From: Eledone cirrhosa
Taxonomy: Eukaryota
DNA length: 22,520 nt
NCBI GenBank assembly: GCA_964016885.1
Contig: CAXHJY010001393.1
Location: 1 to 22,520 of the forward strand
Direction: 5' to 3'
Shown here: positions 20,436-22,520 of the stretch, in pieces
Position numbering within the stretch: position 1 is the first letter of the stretch
Layout of the letters: each line of letters opens with the position of its first letter
The notes under the pieces: generated by a model
Seen by the model: the letters and a program-made list of their open reading frames with translations, nothing else
Told to the model about the DNA's origin: nothing
Database searches by the model: none
Translations under genes and position numbers: made by a program

Positions 20436-20590
20436 ATCATCATCATCATCATTTTTACATCTGCTTTTCCCTGCTTGCAAGGGTGGGACGGGAACTGATT
20501 CTGGCTTGATTTCTACAGCTGGATGCCCTTCCTAACACCAACCTCATTTACAGTGAGTGCTGGGTGATTTTTTGCCGTGGCACCTCCATG
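20436..20590 (-). mobile_element. SINE-like family C
   Basis: (CAT)n..TTTCTACAGCTGGATGCCCTTCCTAACACCAACC..TTTACAGTGAGTGCTGGGTG. Confidence 0.7.
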
Positions 20591-20624
20591 ACCACTTTGC
20601 AGTGGAATGATATGGACCCCAGTC

Positions 20625-20757
20625 TCTATCATCTACAGCTGAGTAAACTGCAGCAATGTGAAATAAAGTGTCTTGCTCAAGGAAACAACACATCACCCGA
20701 TCTGAGAATTGGACTCACAACCTTTCGATTGCAAGGCCAATGCTCTAACCACTAAGC

Positions 20758-20760
<3 letters not shown>
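20625..20760 (-). mobile_element. SINE family A abutting the large TA array
   Basis: CAGCTGAGTAAACTGCAGCAATGTGAAATAAAGTGTCTTGCTCAAGGAAACAAC..CTCTAACCACTAAGCCA. Confidence 0.75.
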
Positions 20761-22330
<1,570 letters not shown>

Positions 22331-22520
22331 ATCAAACTCAATCCCAAAGTGTTCTTTTCATTTGCAAAAAAACACAAAATCACTGGCTCTACTGTTGGCC
22401 CTCTAATTGATGAAAATGGCACTCTTCAAGACAATGCTAAAACCATGGGTGAGATACTGCAGAAACAATACTGCTCTGTTTTCAGCAATCCTGATATGGC
22501 CGATCTGGGCTGTATCGGCG
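22331..22520 (+). mobile_element. Start of a 5'-truncated CR1/Jockey-group LINE ORF2 (linker between endonuclease and RT); runs off the window
   Basis: The open frame [54 protein letters not shown] matches the IKxNPKxF..IGPL..G..MAExLNxQFxSVF linker motif of CR1-type ORF2. It begins directly after the TA array. Confidence 0.8.

Overview
AT-rich, intron-containing, microsatellite-dense animal genomic DNA. The SINE/MITE landscape looks like an octopus (coleoid cephalopod) genome; that assignment is an inference from remembered repeat families. The window holds the first coding exons of two divergent host genes: a JIP3/JIP4 (Sunday driver/UNC-16) kinesin adaptor on the minus strand (5800-6099) and an AtuA/DUF1446-family protein with a probable mitochondrial presequence on the plus strand (15797-15962). 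Between and around them is a nested pile of mobile elements: a decayed hAT (Buster/ZBED5-like) transposon, piggyBac-type TTAA MITEs, RTE fragments, a fairly young 5'-truncated Tx1/L1-like LINE, a decayed CRE-like restriction-endonuclease retrotransposon, the start of a CR1-like LINE and many tRNA-derived SINEs. There is also a ~1.57 kb strand-asymmetric (TA)n/TG array. The most unusual observations are two related hairpin-headed units between (TA)n runs at 8086-8546, retroelement junctions that repeatedly fall at TA runs, and the spliced animal AtuA-like gene. Most ORFs in the track are microsatellite or antisense artefacts. Nothing here proves a new biological system; the candidates are ranked under findings.
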